Source: a virus. From it: DNA of 64,000 nucleotides. A program made the position numbers and the translations under genes. The DNA is taken from positions 1-64,000 of IMG/VR virus record IMGVR_UViG_3300031746_002125. The stretch is one strand, 5' to 3'. Below, in pieces: positions 59,938 to 64,000 of the stretch (position 1 is its first letter; the number at the start of each line of letters is the position of its first letter). The notes under the pieces were generated by a model. That model did not search any database. It was not told where the DNA came from and saw nothing but the letters and a program-made list of their open reading frames with translations.

Positions 59938-60577
59938 TAAAGAGATTTGGAAGTATATTCCTGGATACAGAGAATTACACCAAGCCTCTAATTTTGGTCG
60001 AATAAAATCTTTTAGAACAAAATTCAATAATAAACAAATGTTAATAACAGTATCACTAATTGATCAAAACTTTTCAACTTCAGAAATAGCCAAGGTAACT
60101 GGCATTAGTAAAACTCACATATTAAGAATACGAAATAATCCCAAAGAACATTTAAATAATGGAAAAATTTTAAAAGCAACTTTAGGATCGCATGGTTATT
60201 TGTATGTTACGTTGCGTAGTAATAAAAAATATTTGGTCCATAGATTAGTGTTAGAAACTTTTGTTGGTCCATGTCCTGCGGAAATGGAATGTAGGCACTT
60301 GAACGGTATCAAAACTGATAATAGGCTAGATAATTTATGTTGGGGAACACGTTCAGAGAATATGCAAGATAAAAATAGGCACGGTACAAACATCTCTGGA
60401 GACCATAAAGGAATTAAAAATGGAATGTCTAAATTAAACGAAGAAAAAGTTAAAAAAATCAAGAAATTATTAAAAGAAGATAAATTAACACAAAAAGAAA
60501 TTGCAAAATTATTTAATGTGAGTGCATGTACAATATCCGCTATTAAAAATGGTAGAGTTTGGAAATATGTGGATTGA
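59927..60577 (+). CDS. NUMOD4-HNH endonuclease with inserted HTH
   Basis: WKYIPGY..QASNFGRIKS; STSEIAKVTGISKTHI; CRHLNGIKTDNRLDNL. Confidence 0.9.
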   Translation: MFFNKEIWKYIPGYRELHQASNFGRIKSFRTKFNNKQMLITVSLIDQNFSTSEIAKVTGISKTHILRIRNNPKEHLNNGKILKATLGSHGYLYVTLRSNKKYLVHRLVLETFVGPCPAEMECRHLNGIKTDNRLDNLCWGTRSENMQDKNRHGTNISGDHKGIKNGMSKLNEEKVKKIKKLLKEDKLTQKEIAKLFNVSACTISAIKNGRVWKYVD

Positions 60578-62430
60578 TAATAATTTTGTAAATGCAATAA
60601 TCCATAAGGGGAAAAGGAGTTCGATGTTTATGTCCCAGAATAAACCAGTTCTTGTAGATCATAAAGAACACGGTAAGGGGCTCGTGATAACCACAAATCA
60701 AGCGGAAGACAAAAGCACAAGAATATTTATTGTGTGGCAAGATGTGGAACAGTCATCCGCTTTGTGTGGGTGGTATATCTTTAATGAAACAGATTTCATA
60801 AAGGATTAAAAATGTATTTCTTAATTTGGATTTTTGAAACTTGTGAACCGGGTCGATGTTATGGGCCGATGGAGTTAATGGAATGCGATAATAAACTTCG
60901 TCAATATGCTCAAGAAGAAATTAAAAATGGAAATCTATTGGATGAATACGCAGAAGAATATCGGTATATCAATTCTAACAATGGAGAAGGATGGTACATC
61001 ATTAAATCAGAGGAGATATAATATGAATTCTGGTGAAATAGCAAAAAGAAACGCATACAGAGAAGGAGATACCATTGCCATTTATGGAAATGCGTATCGT
61101 ATAACCAAAATTTTTGAAACAGAAGTTTTTGGAATCCAAGTAGTTGAAAATGGTGGGTGTGTGTTAAGTAGTACGAATTATTTGTTAGATTTAAGGTTAG
61201 ATGGGTGGAGGCTTGTTATATCATGAAAATAGAAATGCCCAATACTGCAAAAAAAGTTCCCGTAGATTCAATTATGATTGGACAGTGTTTTCTTCATGGC
61301 GACGAAGTTTATATGAGAACTGATGGATCGTTCTCTGGCGGTGATGGTTGTTATTCTATTAGAATAGTTAGACTTTTAGACGGAGCAGAAGATGGCCTGC
61401 AAGCAGATGCCCAAGTAGTGCCAATAAAAATGAAATGCGTAAAAGATTGTTAATTAGCTTAGTCTGGTTAAAGCGCGATTCTTATAAAATCGAGACCAAT
61501 GGTTCAAATCCATTACGGCCTATTTTAATAACTCATCTTCTATTTCCATATGACAATTAGAACAAAGTAAATCACACTAAAAAGGAGATATTTCATGTTT
61601 GAAGTCTACGACAACGGAAAATTGGCTAGTCATTTGTACCAGGACGTTGATAACAGTTGGGAGCATCCTGAATGTGAAACCTTTGAAGAAGCCCAAAGAT
61701 ATTGTAAAGAATGGTTGGGAAACTATTCTTCATTGTGTCCAACCGAACCCAACAAAGTAGTTGACTATTCGGGATGTGGAGATACAATAGAAATAAGGAA
61801 AATAAAATGATAGATGAACAATTGGAAGTTGGTACATTAGTTAAAACAATGTCAACGGATGGTAAAATATGTTTGTATGGTAGAATTAAAGAAATAAAAG
61901 AAGATTTCTATTATATCAGAGTTAATCCTGAGTACCACTATCATGCCGAAGTTATTGTAAGATATGTAAATGAAATAATCTTTTGTCGTGGACCTAATTA
62001 TCTTCTTTGAACAAAAAGGATTTCCGGGAATACGAGAATATAAAATGATCCTACCAACATATGCAAATAAAGACCACCCGGTTTTTATGACAAAGACGGC
62101 GAGGCGGCTTTTGTAGGTGTGGAAGATGAATCAGGATTTTATGTTTATTCTCTGTCTGGAAAGTTGCTGGCAAGTAATCCGTCGAGAGAAGTCTTCGAGA
62201 AAATCGTTGACATTTACATATAGGAAAATAAAATGATAGCATTTACATTAACCAAAGAAAGTCTTATTTTACACGAGGACAATCGTTACATTCCCGGTCT
62301 ACGAAGATTCGTGGAAGATGTAATAGGTCTTAGGGCACCGGGTCCAGTCTTTAATCATTTTTTTATAAACACAAAAGAAGATTATCTTCGCATCAAAGCG
62401 TGGTTAGTAGCAATGGGGGAAATAAAATGA
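60567..62430 (+). other. Small hypothetical CDSs (60567-60809, 60812-61021, 61023-61226, 61223-61453, 61595-61810, 61807-62010, 62233-62430)
   Basis: Coupled plus-strand ORFs. Confidence 0.6.
61448..61522 (+). pseudogene. tRNA-Ile(TAT) lacking a matching 5' acceptor strand
   Basis: Intact D arm GCTT-AGTCTGGTTA-AAGC, CGATT-CTTATAA-AATCG and AATGG-TTCAAAT-CCATT; 3' ACGGCCT has no partner. Confidence 0.75.
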
Positions 62431-63023
62431 TCTTCGTAGGAGATGTTCACGGGAGGTCGGATGAATATCTTAAAATAATAGCTCGACACAAAAGTTCGGT
62501 ACAAGTCGGCGACATGGGGTTTTCGTATAATCATTTTAGAGACCTTGATCCAATTGGGAAAAATCATGTATTTATAGGTGGTAATCACGACAATTATGAT
62601 ATGATTGATTCTTGCCCCAATTATCTTGGGAGATTTGGCCAAGGATATAACAAGGAGATAGGCGGATTTTTCTATGTGTCTGGGGCTTATAGTATAGATC
62701 AGCATCTAAGAACAGAAGGAAGATCATGGTGGAGGAATGAAGAACTTTCATATGATGAATCCTCTCGTTGCCTTAGCAAATACATTGCCCACCAACCAGA
62801 TGTAGTTGTATCACATGATTGTCCTGGCATAGTAGCCTCATCAATGTTTGGTAAAACCGATAGAACTAGAACCAGACAATTATTAAGCGAGATGTTTGCT
62901 ATATGGAAGCCAAGATACCATTTCTTCGGTCATTGGCACGAATCAAAAAGAATGGAAATCAATGGTACTAAATTTATTTGTCTGGCAGAGTTAGAAACAT
63001 TTGATTCAAAGGAACTAAAATGA
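62427..63023 (+). CDS. Calcineurin-like metallophosphoesterase
   Basis: GDVHG, GD.G, GNHD, SH, GHWH. Confidence 0.9.
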   Translation: MIFVGDVHGRSDEYLKIIARHKSSVQVGDMGFSYNHFRDLDPIGKNHVFIGGNHDNYDMIDSCPNYLGRFGQGYNKEIGGFFYVSGAYSIDQHLRTEGRSWWRNEELSYDESSRCLSKYIAHQPDVVVSHDCPGIVASSMFGKTDRTRTRQLLSEMFAIWKPRYHFFGHWHESKRMEINGTKFICLAELETFDSKELK

Positions 63024-63934
63024 AATACAGAGAAGCCTTAGAAATGATGAAAACATTCACAGAAGAACAATTAGATTGTGACGTAACAATAGAACTTGAA
63101 TATGCCGATGAGTGCCTATCTGCTGAACTACGTATCTGTGGCGAAAATCACACGATGTTGGATGAAGGTCATCCCGTAATTTTTACGGTTCATGCCTAAG
63201 AAGGAGAAAGACAATGTTAATAAAACAAGATTTGTTGGAAGTAAGGGAACAGATTCAAGAAGATTTGGATTGTATTCTCGGAAACTACGGATCAAAAAGA
63301 TATAACGATCTTTTAACAGATATGGATCAAGCCGTCGTAGATAGATTTGAAGTATTGTTTTCTAAATTGATAGACGCTACGGTTGATGTTGAGGAATAAA
63401 AATGGAAATGACATATCTCCAAAAACAAATTCTATCAGCGGTTGGTTTATTGACCGCTATTGGAATTCCTGCAACCCAAGAGATGATAGAAAGAGTAATA
63501 AAAACTGCGGGAGAGGCTTTGGAAGATGAACTATTGTGTGAATGGGTTATTAAATATGCGCCGATCGTTTCCCCAGAGGAAAAATAAAAATGAAAAATTC
63601 AAATGTAGTCGAAATAGCCTTTGCTTTGTGCGCTTGTTTTATATTTGTTGTAATAGGATACTTTTTAAGCAATTTTGTACTCATTAAATTATGGGCTTGG
63701 TTCGTAGTTCCCGTATTCGCTGTTACACAAATATCTATGGTTCAAAGTATGGGACTAACTTTGATAATTGGATATGTACTAAGATCAAGTTTGATGGTAG
63801 ATGGAAAGAAAAAACTCAAGAAAGAATTCGAAGATAAAAGCCCGTTTGAAATATCGGGTATTCTATTTGGATATGCTATTCTTGCCCCTTTATTTGTGTG
63901 GTTTATGGGTTATGTCATAACTCTGTTTTTATAA
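63020..63934 (+). other. Small hypothetical CDSs, including membrane protein 63590-63934
   Basis: RBS-led ORFs; the last has about three hydrophobic segments. Confidence 0.6.
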
Positions 63935-64000
63935 AGGAGAATAAAATGAAGTTCGAAACTGTAAATCAAGATCAGGTAATGTTTGTGTCACGCAAAGGTA

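Noticed and set aside
1-64000. Genome-wide stop-codon reassignment
   Set aside because: Core genes are intact in code 11, and TAA, TAG and TGA all end tightly packed genes.

Overview
AT-rich segment of a large tailed dsDNA phage genome, standard genetic code. 1-28.6 kb (minus strand) is a morphogenesis operon: sigma-like gene, putative TerS, ERCC4 nuclease, TerL, portal, protease/scaffold, cement, major capsid, head-completion genes and repeat-rich virion proteins. It ends in a >1,600-aa RCC1/YWTD/15-aa-repeat protein that runs off the window and is missing from the ORF track. 28.7-46.5 kb holds auxiliary genes (DNA MTase, ClpP, MazG, SMC-like ATPase, HAD, cupin, many small ORFs). At ~46.6 kb transcription switches strand into an early-type region with five sigma70 promoters. 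About 19 free-standing homing endonuclease genes are scattered through the window. Most notable: (i) a promoter-driven, ORF-free, highly base-paired ~620-nt ncRNA candidate (50425-51048); (ii) a ~4.6-kb zone saturated with an oriented 9-mer TTATCGGAC/TTATAGGAC/TTTTCGGAC whose polarity flips near 50.4 kb; (iii) five remodelled tRNA-like RNAs (D-loop hairpin insertions, 8-9-nt anticodon loops, UAU anticodons) beside one canonical tRNA-Glu. All calls come from reading the sequence; no database search was run.
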